The notes below the pieces were generated by a model. The model saw only the letters and a program-made list of their open reading frames with translations. It searched no databases and was not told the origin of the DNA. Shown piece after piece: positions 27,171 through 40,647 of a DNA stretch of 64,000 nt. Position 1 is the stretch's first letter. Each line of letters opens with the position of its first letter. Source of the DNA: Octopus sinensis (taxonomy: Eukaryota); assembly GCF_006345805.1 (NCBI RefSeq), contig NC_043010.1:23188001-23252000 (forward strand). The letters run 5' to 3'. A program made the translations under genes and the position numbers.

Positions 27171-27659
27171 ATACTATAATCATAAATGATTATATATTGA
27201 ATTTTGAGATACCAGAAGGCACCAACTCAACTCAGTATCAGAGCGAGCTAGAATCCGCAACTGGTATCACCGAATTCAATTTGTGAATGAAACGATTGTG
27301 TCAACAGCCCCTTCCCACCCGCGTTTAGCCAAAACAAGATGCTGTGGTCATCTACTGAGATAAAATATGTTATCCGTAATAATGAAGGGTGAAATTAATT
27401 AATTTGGAAAAATTATCAATTACACCAAGTAGTCTTCGGCATGTAAAAGCCTCATTCGAGGAAAATTTAAGTAATACTAAGCAATAAGGGTTTAGCAACG
27501 AGTTGCCTTACCACATACCGAATTTAGAAATAGCAGTCAAAGGGTTATAGCTATTTCTTCTACTAAAAGAGATCTCAGTAGAAACAGCATTTGGAAGGCA
27601 GACACAAACAGGTAAGAGAGAATGAATTGACTGCAATCTATCATACATTTTTTTAGTTA

Positions 27660-27766
27660 TCCACGGACGTACGTTTCGAAATCAAGTTTTTAGGAAAGCA
27701 TAAGAATTAAATATTAAATATTAAATAATTCTATCTTACCGAAACTTCTTTTCTCTTCAGCGTAGA
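27660..27766 (-). ncRNA. Second copy of the tandem-array hammerhead ribozyme
   Basis: Core and stems identical to 27065-27170; one extra nucleotide in the stem II loop. Confidence 0.8.
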
Positions 27767-28799
27767 ATACTATAATCATAAATGATTATATATTGAATTT
27801 TGAGATACCAGAAGGCACCAACTCAACTCAGTATCAGAGCGAGCTAGAATCCGCAACTGGTATCACCGAATTCAATTTGTGAATGAAACGATTGTGTCAA
27901 CAGCCCCTTCCCACCCGCGTGTAGCCAAAACAAGATGCTGTGGTCATCTACTGAGATAAAATATGGTTATCCGTAATAATGAAGGGTGAAATTAATTAAT
28001 TTGGAAAAATTATCAATTACACCAAGTAGTCTTCGGCATGTAAAAGCCTCATTCGAGGAAAATTTAAGTAATACTAAGCAATAAGGGTTTAGCAACGAGT
28101 TGCCTTACCACATACCGAATTATATATATATACATACATATATATGCACATATATATATGTACAACTGTATACACACACATATACAAACATACGTGTGTA
28201 TGAGCGTAAACGCGCGCGGCATACGTATAAGACCTGCGATATAAATCTAGACTTCAGCCAGCACTGCATGTGTACATTGAGCTTTAGTTTACTCAGCAGA
28301 AATAAAGACTACCTTACAATATAGCCGTACCATGAAAAGAAAATGTGAGTTATTCTCAATGTGATTTCCTCAGTAGTTGAGTTCCGAACCGTAACCATCG
28401 AAGGTGATGCGGTATATATAAGAACTCTTATTAATCTTTTATTTCTCTTTTGTACATAGATGTACTTTGTAATTTATGAATTACGTTGGTCATTTGTAAA
28501 ATGTTATCAGTTTGCATGTAGTATATTCTTTCTGTCTAGCTTTGTGCTATGAAGAGTAGTATAGTTTTGCAGATGTTCCTTAATTTAAAAGGTCTACAAA
28601 ATGTTTTAATGCTTGAAGAGGTTTTTATTTTGATGTTTATCCAATACTAGTATTAAGATGTATTTTCTGTTAGGCTTCATGCGACATTTTCATTGTGAGT
28701 TCGTCTGTTCTATCTTGTACGCATTTGATTCAGATAAAACATTTTGTGCGCAATACGTACATTTTAATACAGTTCTATATTTAAGTGATGAGGAACTAT

Positions 28800-29000
28800 G
28801 TACATTATTTACATTATTTACATTTGACAGATATTTTTCCTCGTCTTGTTTGTTGTTAACCCAACGTTTTGGCTGATTCACCTTCCAGCCTTCACCAAGT
28901 TCGAAATTTCCCCAAGACACCTGATGACACACACATACACACACACACACACATAGATGGGGACAAATATCCGTCAAATATAAATAATGTAAATAATGTA
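28800..29000. mobile_element. Rearranged copy of the short HHR-bearing element also found at 43281-43423 and 46656-46800
   Basis: Minus-orientation half (tacattatttacatttgacagat...ccagccttcacc) fused to plus-orientation gttcgaaatttccccaagacacctgatga, then (CA)n, then ggacaaatatccgtcaaat...aataatgta. Confidence 0.6.
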
Positions 29001-30319
29001 CGGTAAAGTTTAATGCATTTGTTGCATATAATTCATCGTATATATTACAAATAAAGAACGAAAATAGAAAACCGTTTTATTAACAACAAACAATAATCAT
29101 GTAAACTTGAGAACAGACTACAAATGACCGTTGTCACTTCTAAATTTGACTGGAAATGTATAAGTTGCAAACATTGTGATTCTAAATTTTATATAAGCCA
29201 AACGGGCACAACGTTCTCTTGTATTTACGGGGAACAATTGCAACACACTACGACTCCCACAATAAACACATTATACAACCATATAATATAGAATTTCATA
29301 CAAAATAGACGATTAATTAAGGAGAATTATTTACAACACAACACTAAACTAAAATTTACACACAAAGAGCATACACACACCACAATCAGGATAAGAACGT
29401 GACTGACGACGCATAACTCTAAAGCTAACATAGGAGTGTGACAATGTGGAACATTAAAGGTGAAATTCTCGCGGTACAGTTTGCGCCAAGAAAAGTCGCC
29501 CATTACAAGAGCAAACGCTGGCCCAAATCCTGATGAGGATTTTGAGAGAATTTAGAAAAACCGATGAAAATGACTAGAAAATGATTTACTGTTTGAATAA
29601 GCAGTACATGTGTTATACAAAGATAAGAAAAAATCTTCAATACAAATGATGAAACCGGAATATAGCCGTGAGCACAACTGCACACAGATGTGTGTGTGTG
29701 TGTGTGCGTGTTTGTGTCTACATGTCTATATGCGCGCGAGCGTAAGTGCGTGTACATGTGTGTGTGCGTGCTTGTGTGTGTATGTGTGCATGCGTGTACA
29801 TTCGTATGTGTGTGTGTTTGACCATTCTCACACATGTATATATACGCCTGAAATAAAATTAGCGTAACAGAAGTAAAAACGCTTGTCCGTGCAAAACAAA
29901 TTACCGAAGATTTTACCATTTATTGCAAATGTGAGAAAAATATTCTGCACACCTTCATGTCGTGTATCGATATATTAATTAACCACAGAAATCTTATTAA
30001 CAGTTCATAACACATCATCGTACACAAACATCAACTCTTAAGGTTCCCGTGCGTGGGAAAACAATTTTTGAGCCGATAAGTATTCCTGTTTCTAGTGGTA
30101 ATTCTACTTTTAGTTGAGTGTATTTAATATAGCGCAGAAATAGCAGTGTGCTAAGAAGCCTGCTTCCCAACCACATGATCCCGGGTTCAAATTCACTGCG
30201 TGGCATCTTGGGCAACTGTCTTCTGCTACAACCTCCGGCTGACCAAAGGTTTGGGATTTGGTAGATGGAAATTGAAAGTAAGAAACTGAAAGAAACCTGT
30301 CGTATGTATGTGTGTTTAC

Positions 30320-30395
<76 letters not shown>

Positions 30396-30507
30396 GGTGT
30401 ATAAATATATATGTGTGTGTGTATAAATATATATATATATATTCGCGATGCCGGACCACTGAACTCTACAAGTTTTTTTCATTCTCTTTCTGTTTATTTC
30501 TCTTGTT

Positions 30508-30545
30508 CCTTTCCGTTGAAGAGCATATGCTCGAAACGTAAAAGA
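30508..30545 (+). ncRNA. Hammerhead-like motif, position-6-U family
   Basis: ccttt CCGTTGA a gagc-atat-gctc GAAA cg TA aaaga. Confidence 0.45.
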
Positions 30546-30633
30546 CTTTTTCATTTTGCCCGAGCGTCAAACTATTAAACTTGATTGTTGTTCATACACC
30601 ATTTTTCGTCATTTGTTTTTTTTATAAATTTCA

Positions 30634-30697
<64 letters not shown>

Positions 30698-31936
30698 TTA
30701 ATAAAGTTAAATTATTGCTTTCATACAAAGAGTAATCATCAGATTTCAAATGTGTTTAACTGACAGTTGAGTTCTTGACAGCTTCAGTAACTCTTAGAAC
30801 ACTCACTCCAGCAAGCTTAATGTTTAGAATACGGCTTCGACCAATCCGAATGCAGCTTAAACATCACGGATTATTACGAAGCAGCAGTAGTATTACCTTT
30901 AATTCAGTTTTGTATATAAATACACCCTTAAATAGACCTACATTGGTTTCTACTCCATCGGGTGGTAACCGTTGAAATTGCAAACTTACTACAAGACCGG
31001 TGCAGCTTCATTAGGGTTTTTACTTAATATCTTTTGAGATTTAACTGGTTGCAGTTTTATGTTGATATTCTTTGCGCTCAATTGTGTGGAGTTGTATTTT
31101 AATTTAGATGCGGCTTATCTTCAATTCATTCGTTTATTACTTATAGTCAGTTATTTAAAAAAAAATTTGCATTGTGTGTGCATGTGTGTGTGTCTGTGTC
31201 TGTGCGTGAATGTGCCTTTGTGTCCAAGCTTGTCCCCAGCCCATCACTTGACAACCGGTGTTGGTGTGTCTACGTCTCCGTAACTTAGCTTTTCGGCAAA
31301 AGAACAAGTACTAGGCTTTAAAAAAAAGACTTGGAGGCACAGTAACCCCAGCATGGCTGCAGGCTGCAACAAGTAAAAATGTAATATATATATATATCAA
31401 TATTCTAGAATCGAATTTCCTTTTTAACTTTTGTCTTTGACTTGCTTCAGTCATTGGAATACGGCCGCGCTGGGGGCACGGGATTTGAAGAGCTTTGTCA
31501 AACAAATCGACCCCTATGCTTATTTTTATGCTATCGGTCTTCTTTTGCCGAACCGCTCGGTTATGGAGATATAAACACAAAATAAACACAAACACATGCA
31601 CATGTACGTACCAGAAAAAGTTGAACTTAGGTTGTATTTTCGATTTTAACTTCAAAAGTCTGACTTCGATCGCAAAACTATTTTAAAACCAGCGAGACGG
31701 TTGCCAATTACACTGATTAACGGCTGTTTTTTTTGTTATCTGACCTTTTCTCTCAGAATTCCATAAACATTTGCATAATCCACTTGACGAATTTGATTAA
31801 GGGATAGGCATTTATGCAGACGTGTCAAGATCCTGCAAATATTAAGTTGAAGTTTTTGAAGAGATCTGTTTAAGAATGGTCCAAAGTCTAGTGTTGATTT
31901 GACTTCTGCTGCATACATACACACAGACATACATAC

Positions 31937-31965
<29 letters not shown>

Positions 31966-31967
<2 letters not shown>

Positions 31968-32391
31968 CTCTTTTACTCTTTTATTCTTTTACTCTTTTAC
32001 TTGTTTCAGTCATTTGACTGCGGCTATGCTGGAGCACCACCTTTAGTCGAGCAAATCGACCCCGGGACTTATTCTTTGTAAGCCCAGTACTTATTCTATC
32101 GGTCTCTTTTGCCGTACTGCTAAGTGACAGGGACGTAAATACACCAGCATCGGTTGTCAAGCAATGCTAGGGGGACAAACACAGACACACAAACATATAC
32201 ACACACACTTATATATATATATATACATATATACGACAGGCTTCTTTCAGTTTCCGTCTACCAAATCCACTCACAAGGCATTGGTCGGCCCGGGGCTATA
32301 GCAGAAGACACTTGCCCAAGATTCCACGCAGTGGGACTGAACCCGGAACCATATGGTTGGTTAGCAAGCTACTTACCACACAGCCACTCCT
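31966..32391 (-). mobile_element. Full-length tRNA-derived SINE (family A here), followed by a partial second head at 32392-32550
   Basis: Reverse complement of 42037-42513, including the (TACTCTTT)n tail. Confidence 0.85.
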
Positions 32392-32881
32392 ACCAAATCC
32401 AAATCACCAAATCGTCTACCAATTCCACTCACAAGGCTATAGTCGGCACGAGGCTATAGTAGAAGACACTTGCCTAAGGTGCCACTCACTGGGACTGAAC
32501 CTGGAATCATGTGATTGCGAAGCGGCTACTTACCACACAGCCACTCCTGTAGTGTATATACATATATATATATATATATATATACATGCACACATATATT
32601 TGTATATCTGTGTGTGCGCGTGTCTGTTTATGTGTGCGTATATGGGTATGTGTGTGTATATATATATATATATATATACGCACAGACCCATATACGCACA
32701 CATACACACAGACACACGCACACACAGGCATACAAATATATGTGTATGTGTGTATTGTACGTATGCGTATGTGCATATGTATGCACAAACAGAATTATTG
32801 GCATATTTATACATTTATGTAAAAAATCGTACATATCCACACTTACATATTATATATATATATAAATATGTATGTATGTAC

Positions 32882-32912
<31 letters not shown>

Positions 32913-32921
32913 ATATATATA

Positions 32922-32985
<64 letters not shown>

Positions 32986-33006
32986 GTATGGTATATGTAC
33001 ATATGT

Positions 33007-33041
<35 letters not shown>

Positions 33042-34907
33042 TGTGTGTATATTAACCATAGATGTATCTTTGAAATGTGCAGCTGCATCGCTGTGTGTAA
33101 ATAACTAACTGACATCTACCATTAATTATATGTCAACTTTGTTCGTCGAATGCGATATTTTTCATTTGTAATTCGTTTATATATCAAAAGCTAAATAGCT
33201 TAATAATCATATTTAGCCATGCATGTCAAAATATGCACATTATAAACCTATTCTATGTGTACGATGAATTCCTGGAAAGATTATTCGGCTCCGACTGCTT
33301 CAGATACGCATGCACACATGAGTACATAGCTATGTATAGCTTACACACGCACACAGATACACACAGGCACACGTACACAAAATAATATTCAAATACAGTG
33401 TGAAATGCGAGTGTGCGTATGTGTGTGTACTTGTGTTTGTGAGCGGCGCGCATGTGTGTTTGTATGCGTGTATATGTGAGCTTGTGCGAGTGTGTGCATG
33501 TGTGGAGGTGTGTATATGTGTGTGTATGAGTGTGTATGTGTGTGCGCGTATAAGTGCATTTGTGCATGTGTATGTGTATGTGTGCGTGTGTTTGTGAGTG
33601 TGTATGTGCATGTGTATGTGTGTATGTGTCTGCGTGTGTATGTGTTTGTGCATGTGTATGTGTGTATGCGTATGTATGTGTATGTGTGTATGTGTGTATG
33701 CGCGCGTGTGTGTGTACTTGTGTGTATGCTGTGTGTGTGCGCGCGTGTGCGTATGTGTGTGTGTGTGTGTTTGAGTGTGAAAGTTTGGTACTGCAAACGA
33801 GAAGATAGAACTCAAAACGAGCGAGTGTGTCTTTAGAGCCTTTACCGTGCCGGACAAAATGTTTGGCGGTTTTTCGTCTGTCTTTACGTTCTGAGTTCAA
33901 ATTTCGCCAAAGTTGACTTTGCATTTCATCTTTTCGTGATCGATGAATTAAGTACCAGTTGTGAATTGGGGTCGCGGTATTCGACGTGTCCCCCTCCCCC
34001 AAATTTCAGGCCTTGTGCCTATAGTTAATAGACTGGATTATTATCAACAATCGGCAGAGGTTGCCATGTGACTCAAAGGTTCAAAGTTTCGTGAGTGACC
34101 ACTCATCAAAATCGGTTACTTCAGCGGATTGTTATTCACACATACACACACATACGCACACATACAAACACACACACATGCACACATTCATACAAACACA
34201 CACATATACACACTTACATACAAACAGAGACACACATACGAGCACACACAGACGTACACCCAGGCACACACAAGCATGCACACACACGCACGCACACATG
34301 CACACATGCACACATACATGCACGCATATACGCTAACAAGCACACACGCTAATAAAGAATTATCCAAATTTCTGAGTGCCTTAGAAACCGTCTCTTTCTC
34401 CATTGGCAAGAAATGTTGAAATAAAATTGAATAATGACATACCCGGACACAGGCAAAAGTTCACACAAACAAATGGATCTAGATCCACATGTACATTCCT
34501 ATTCAATTCCCCCCCCAAAAAAACATTTTAGCATGACTGCTTGGTTGCATGTGTGTGTTTGCGTGTTGGTATACGTGCTTGCATCATGCATCTGTCTGTG
34601 TCAGGCTCTGCGAACATATCTGTAACGGCGACTCCAAACGAAACATTAAATTCTATATTTATACATTGTATGAGATAATATTAAAATATCAAACGCTGTA
34701 AATTCATGTCGGAAACTTTATATCGTTGCTACTCGTTCAGACCACCCAGAAAATTTTTCCAAAGAATCTAACTTACAAAATCTGGTAAAGTGAGCAAAAG
34801 ATTTGATGAACGAACGATATATAAAGTTATTTTCCGCTTATATCTGTATTAGTGGTAAACGGAAGGATACACACACACGCACGTGTGTGTGTGTGGTGTG
34901 TGTGTGT

Positions 34908-34949
<42 letters not shown>

Positions 34950-35132
34950 CATGTATGTCTGCTAATGGTTTAACCAGAGAAAGGGAAAACAGCAACGTCT
35001 CCCTTTTCAGCTCCATCGAAACAGCTTGAAGGAACGGAGGGAGTTTGTCATTAGTCACTTCCAAGTAATTACAGTAAAATGAAGCTTAAGGCAAAAGCAT
35101 ACTTCTTGTAATAAGCCAAGATATTTTAATTA

Positions 35133-35423
35133 ATTAATTAATTAAAATTATACTCTTAGTGACACGATGTAAGCGATATCTATATGAATATTTCTGGTAA
35201 AAATGTGATAGATAACAATTATGTAATTTTAATTAATTGCTCTTAATTGCGTATTGAATGCAATGTGGTGGCGTTTGTTAGAGCTTTAGCATTCCAGAAA
35301 AACCTGGCAACATATTTCGCTCTCATTAGAACTCACCAGCAAAACATAGTCTACTGATGTTTACCAGAATTATTCATATACATTCCGTGTCACTAGGAGT
35401 ATAGTTTTGATTAATTAATTAAA
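35133..35423. mobile_element. MITE-like element with ~70-bp imperfect terminal inverted repeats
   Basis: ttaattaattaaaattatactcttagtgacacg...tatgaatatttctggtaaa vs tttaccagaattattcatata...cgtgtcactaggagtatagttttgattaattaattaa. Confidence 0.6.
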
Positions 35424-35739
35424 ACATAGTCTAAACAGCAATATTTTAACGAATGGAGAGAAAAAAAATCAATTGGCGTTAATAAGTTACAGTAATGGAT
35501 GAGAAAAATATCCAGGGATGTCAAGTGTATACATGTTCAATTGTTGAGTGGGTGTTAGCGAAGTTGGTGTAATAAACAGAATTTTTTGATTAATTAAACT
35601 TACACTTTTAGCAACGATGTAATCGTATATTTTTTTCAAAATTAATGCACATGGTAAAAAGTGGGAGGGGACAATCCTCTATATCTTTATATAATTAATA
35701 CTAATTAAATATAGAATGCAATGACAGTCTCTTCTGATC

Positions 35740-36127
35740 ATTGATTGTCGAGGCACTCCGTCGGTTACGACGACGAGAGTTCCAGTTGATCCGATCAACG
35801 GAACAGCCTGCTTGTGAAATTAACGTGCAAATGGCTGAGCACTCCACAGACACGTGTACTCTTAACGTAGTTCTCGGCGAGATTCAGCGTGACTCAGAGT
35901 GCGATAAGGCTGGCCCTTTGAAATACAGGTACAACAGAAAGAAAGAGTGAGAGAAAGTTGTGGTGAAAGAGTACAGCAGGGTTCGCCACCAACACCTGTC
36001 GGAGACTCGTTGAGCTTTAGGTATTTTCGCTCAATAGACACACACAACAACTGGTCTGGGAATCAAAACCTCGATCCTACGACCGCGCGTCCGCTGCCCT
36101 AACCACAGGGACATTGAGCCGCTACAC
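35740..36127 (-). mobile_element. tRNA-derived SINE (family C)
   Basis: Contains gttccagttgatccgatcaacggaacagcctgc...gaaatacaggtac; tRNA-like head at the high-coordinate end. Confidence 0.78.
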
Positions 36128-36827
36128 TGATCTTTGATAGATCGGTTATAACTCAGGATATATAAATTCGGCCAAAGCATCTCAACAAGGGCTGTCCTTA
36201 TGTCTCCACAGATTATAATTACCATCATGTCTCTTCGGGAAGCTGTTAGAAAATACTCTTTATACCTGAAAAGCAAAGTGACTTTCATTCTACTGTCATG
36301 AATAGAACTGTCGACTTGAAGATATTAAGATATTAGTAATTAATACCCTTTTATAATTTTTGCTGGAATTTTCCTTGAGTTTCTAACGATTCAAGAGAAA
36401 ACATTCGTATCTATTACGCCAAAGTGGTTTGTCAATGATCCGTCGTTTAGCAATATCTGATAGGCATCCTTCAATGTGGCTTTAAGGGACTAATGATACA
36501 TGTCTTTATAGATAATTTGATGGCAAGCAAAGTAAAATCCACCTGACAGGTTTCTATACAGTTTCCGTCTACAAAATTTAACATCGTATACGTCAACATA
36601 AGGCTATAGTAATAGGCACTTACCAAAAGTACCACGGCATGGGATCGTACCCGGTGCCTTATGTTCACGAAGTGAATTTCATAACCATTCTGTCACACTT
36701 CCCTAAGACGTGTGCGTGTGTATGTTTGTATATGTATGCATATGTGTGTGTTATGTGTATATGTCTACTTGAAGGTATATCAAAACACACACACACACAT
36801 CTATATGTTCATGCATATACATACATA

Positions 36828-36868
<41 letters not shown>

Positions 36869-38820
36869 TATATATATATATATATATATTATAACAAAAT
36901 AATAAATATAACATATGCATATATACATACATATATGTACATACCTACATCTTTATGTATATATACACGCATATATGGGTTCAGGACACCAAAAAATAAA
37001 AAAAACGTCGAACACAATGAGAAACAAAAGCATAAAAACAAAACCATGGAAACGGACTTTTTTCAAACAACGAAAAAACAGAGCACAAGACATACAACAC
37101 AAGGAATATTCCCCTTCTTCAGCTGCCCCTGCCTCGTCTACTCAGTGTTTCGAAGGTAATCTGTATGTATATACTCATATGTATGTATATATATATTCGT
37201 GTATGTATGCATATATTTATGTATGTATGCATGTATGTATGCCTGCATACATTTATGTATTACTGTATGTATGTATATATGGCAGGCTGTAAGTAAACAG
37301 ACCCGAGTACACAAGAGACGTAAAATAAAACCAAATTGTTAAATACAGTTTACATTATCTATCAAATGAGTTGTTTAAAAACAGACCAGATTGCGAGATA
37401 TAGGCTTATAAAGATATTATCATAGATGTTTTCAGCCGTTGACACGCAAAACTGTTGTTGGAAATAAAGGTCAGATTGGAATTGGGCAATAGGGAATATC
37501 ATTATCTATTTGTTGAAGTAATTATTCACTATTGCAACAGATTTTAAAGAAATGGTTCGCTCTGTGTTAGTCTTAAAGCTAAAATACCAGAGTACACAGA
37601 CAGTAATAGAGGATTGCGTCGGCAGAGAAATATGTCGAAGTTAGCGAGTTTGTTTAAGGTTATGTAACATGACGAGAAGAGATACTGTTTACAAGACAGA
37701 AAAGAAAGAAAATATGTGTAGGTCTTTTTACAAGAGGAATCCATTGTCAATGTGTTAGCTTCCGAAACTAAACGGAATATATAGCACCTATGCATGTAAA
37801 TCCTGAAGAATAAGCGAAAGTATAGTGTAAAAGACATTGTCAAAATTCCTGGTATTTCCATACATGCGATACGGACAGTCACAACACCTGTAACGTTGGC
37901 TTAATCACCGACTGGGGACCGCATATATGTGTGTGCGTGTGCGTGTGTGCGCATATGTATATGTTGGTATGCGTGTGTGCGAGTGCATGCTTATGTGTTT
38001 GTATGTGTGTGTGTGTTTTATATGTGTGTGCGTGTGTGTGCGTGCGTGCGCGGTGTGCGAGTGTATGGATGTGTGTTTCCGTGTGTGTGTGTATGCTTAT
38101 GTGTGTGTTTCCGTGTACATGTGTTGCATTTAACTCTGAGGATAATAGCAAGGGAACACTGAAAGGTATTTGCGAAGAGAAAGAAGAACAAAGTGAAAAA
38201 AAAACCGGAAGAAATATGGTTGAAATTTAATGGCTGCATCACGCAGTGTCCTAACTCGTTGTCAGATTCTATTGATGAAGCTCTGCTTTTGCCCCTACGT
38301 CTATTTGTATATATGTGTATGTGTGTGTGTGTGTGTGTTTATGCAGAAGTATATAATACGAATATGTATGTATGTATTTATGTACGTATGTATGTGCGTG
38401 CCTGTGTGAATATATGTCATAGAAAACAGGTATTTTGCGTTGTAAAAACAACTTCCCTGAATGCAATTAAGCCATTATTTCCTATTAGTTGCTATTCATG
38501 TTTAGTAGGAAGTGATTTGTGAATGATTAAATCTTCAGATATCACATATCGTAGCCTGTCCACCATAGTCATATGACTAAGACATTTTTCATACATACGA
38601 ATGGCTCATCCTTTCTCTGTAATGAAATTCTTATTTCAAAGTTAATTAGAAACGCGCACAAATGCACACACACACATACATGTTTGTGTGTGTATTCATG
38701 TAAATAAGTGAGTGTGCATGGATTTATTTATCAATCTCTCCACTCTCTCTATCTTTCTTATATATATATGTGTGTGTGTGTGTGTATGTGTTTGTATGTG
38801 TATGTGTGTGTGTATGTGTT

Positions 38821-38851
<31 letters not shown>

Positions 38852-39369
38852 ACACGCGAGTATAAATTTGTGCGTGCGTCTATGCATATATCGGTATGTG
38901 CGTATGTTTCTATGTATTTATAAGTTACATATAAGTCTTCCTCAGAAAAGTGTCTTGGGTAGTATAACTTAATATAATGTCCTATAGCTTAATATAATGC
39001 CGTGTAGACTAACTGAATGAGAAGGAACTCGATGCATACATATTTAAATAAACATGTTGCATATCATAATAACAATTTATACTTAACATCATAAACGTTA
39101 TATTAATTTACATTGCTCTAACTTCTTTCGTACATTCTATTTTAAGGTAGAATCCCGATACAGTCTTTTAAAAATTTTATAGCTTCAAATAAGATGAAAA
39201 AAATCTAGTTTTTAACGCATGAGTGGCACAGGTGGTATATATAAGACCTACAGATAAAAAAACGAACGGATTCTTGCTTAGTTCCAGCCTATTGGTGAAT
39301 TGAGAACATCGGTAGAGCGGTATTTCGTCAGTCACTTTACGTTCCTTTCTTCAACTACACCCAAGTTCA

Positions 39370-39878
39370 GCTTTGTCGATATATTCTTTTTTACTCTAAG
39401 CACAAGACCCGAAATTTTGGGGGAAGGGACCAGTGAATTTGACGCAACTGGTACTTAATTTACCGACCCCGAAAAAATGAAAGACAAAGTCGACCTCGGC
39501 GGAATTTGAACTCCGAATGTAAACACAGACGAAATACCGCTAACCATTTTGCCCGGCGTGTTAACATTTCTGCCATCTCGCCGCCTTGCTTTGTTGATAT
39601 ATTCGTTTCTACTCTAGGCACAAGGCCCGAAATTTTTGGGGAAGGGGCCAGTCGATTTGATCGATCCCAGTACGCAACTGGTACTTAATTTATCAACTCC
39701 CTAAAGGATGAAAGGCAAAGTCGACCTCGGCAGATAAAGACGGGTGATATATTGCTAGGCATTTCGCCCGGCGTGTTAACGTTTCTGCCATCTCGCCGCC
39801 TTGCTTTGTCGATATATTCGTTTCTACTCTAAGCACAAAGCCTGAAATTTGGGGGGGAAGGGGCCAATCGATTTGACC
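39370..39878 (-). mobile_element. Tandem array of family B SINE (2 full copies + partial, ~216-bp period)
   Basis: gctttgt(c/t)gatatattc recurs at 39370, 39588 and 39803; in the first two units it is followed by the full SINE body ending ctgccatctcgccgcctt. Confidence 0.82.
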
Positions 39879-40061
39879 ATCTTTCTTATGTGGTTGGCTT
39901 TTGGCGAGTGAGCATCTTTAATAACGCTGCACTCTATTGAGTTTCTTGATATGAAAGACGCCTCTGTGTGTGTGCGTGTGTTTGTGTGTGTATGTGTGTG
40001 TGTGCATGTGTGTGCTTACATACATAGGTAGATATATACATAGATAGCTAGATATAGATAG

Positions 40062-40150
<89 letters not shown>

Positions 40151-40228
40151 CATACATACATACATACATACATACATACATACATACATACATACATACA
40201 TACATACATACATACATACATACATACA

Positions 40229-40430
40229 GTTTCGATATCCGAATTATGAATTCATATTCATACCAATAATAATTGGAGCACTAGGTTTTGTTAATAAATA
40301 CTTAAAAGAGAATCTGGATAAACTGGGATTTTCAGAAAGAGAAATCGACTGGCTAATTCCTACATTACAAGTGGAATCTATGAGAGGAACAGTAAAAATA
40401 TGTAAAACATTTCTTAAGTTCCCAAAGATG
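40229..40430 (+). mobile_element. Diverged 3' fragment of the (CATA)n-associated RLE LINE
   Basis: QFRYPNYEFIFIPIIIGALGFVNKYLKENLDKLGFSE...GTVKICKTFLK directly after (CATA)n. Confidence 0.68.
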
Positions 40431-40557
40431 GAGCTTTGTTTCATTGTTGGAAACCTGCTCCCTCCTCAATGGAAGATTTATAATAATTAAAAAAAATAGG
40501 ATATACATATATATTTACTTACATACATACATATATATACATAAAAACAGACACACA

Positions 40558-40647
<90 letters not shown>

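Larger units (their letters stand above)
26876..28121 (-). repeat. Head-to-tail tandem array of a ~597-bp unit (2 full units + ~50 bp), one HHR per unit
   Basis: atactaagcaataagggtttagcaacgagttgccttaccacataccgaat starts at 26876, 27474 and 28071; units differ by only a few nucleotides; bounded by (TA)n. Confidence 0.95.

Noticed and set aside
30709-30746. aaat CUGAUGA ... GAAA gcaa UA attt on the minus strand
   Set aside because: Stems II and III are mismatched at their closing pairs and all stems are AT-only, so chance cannot be excluded.
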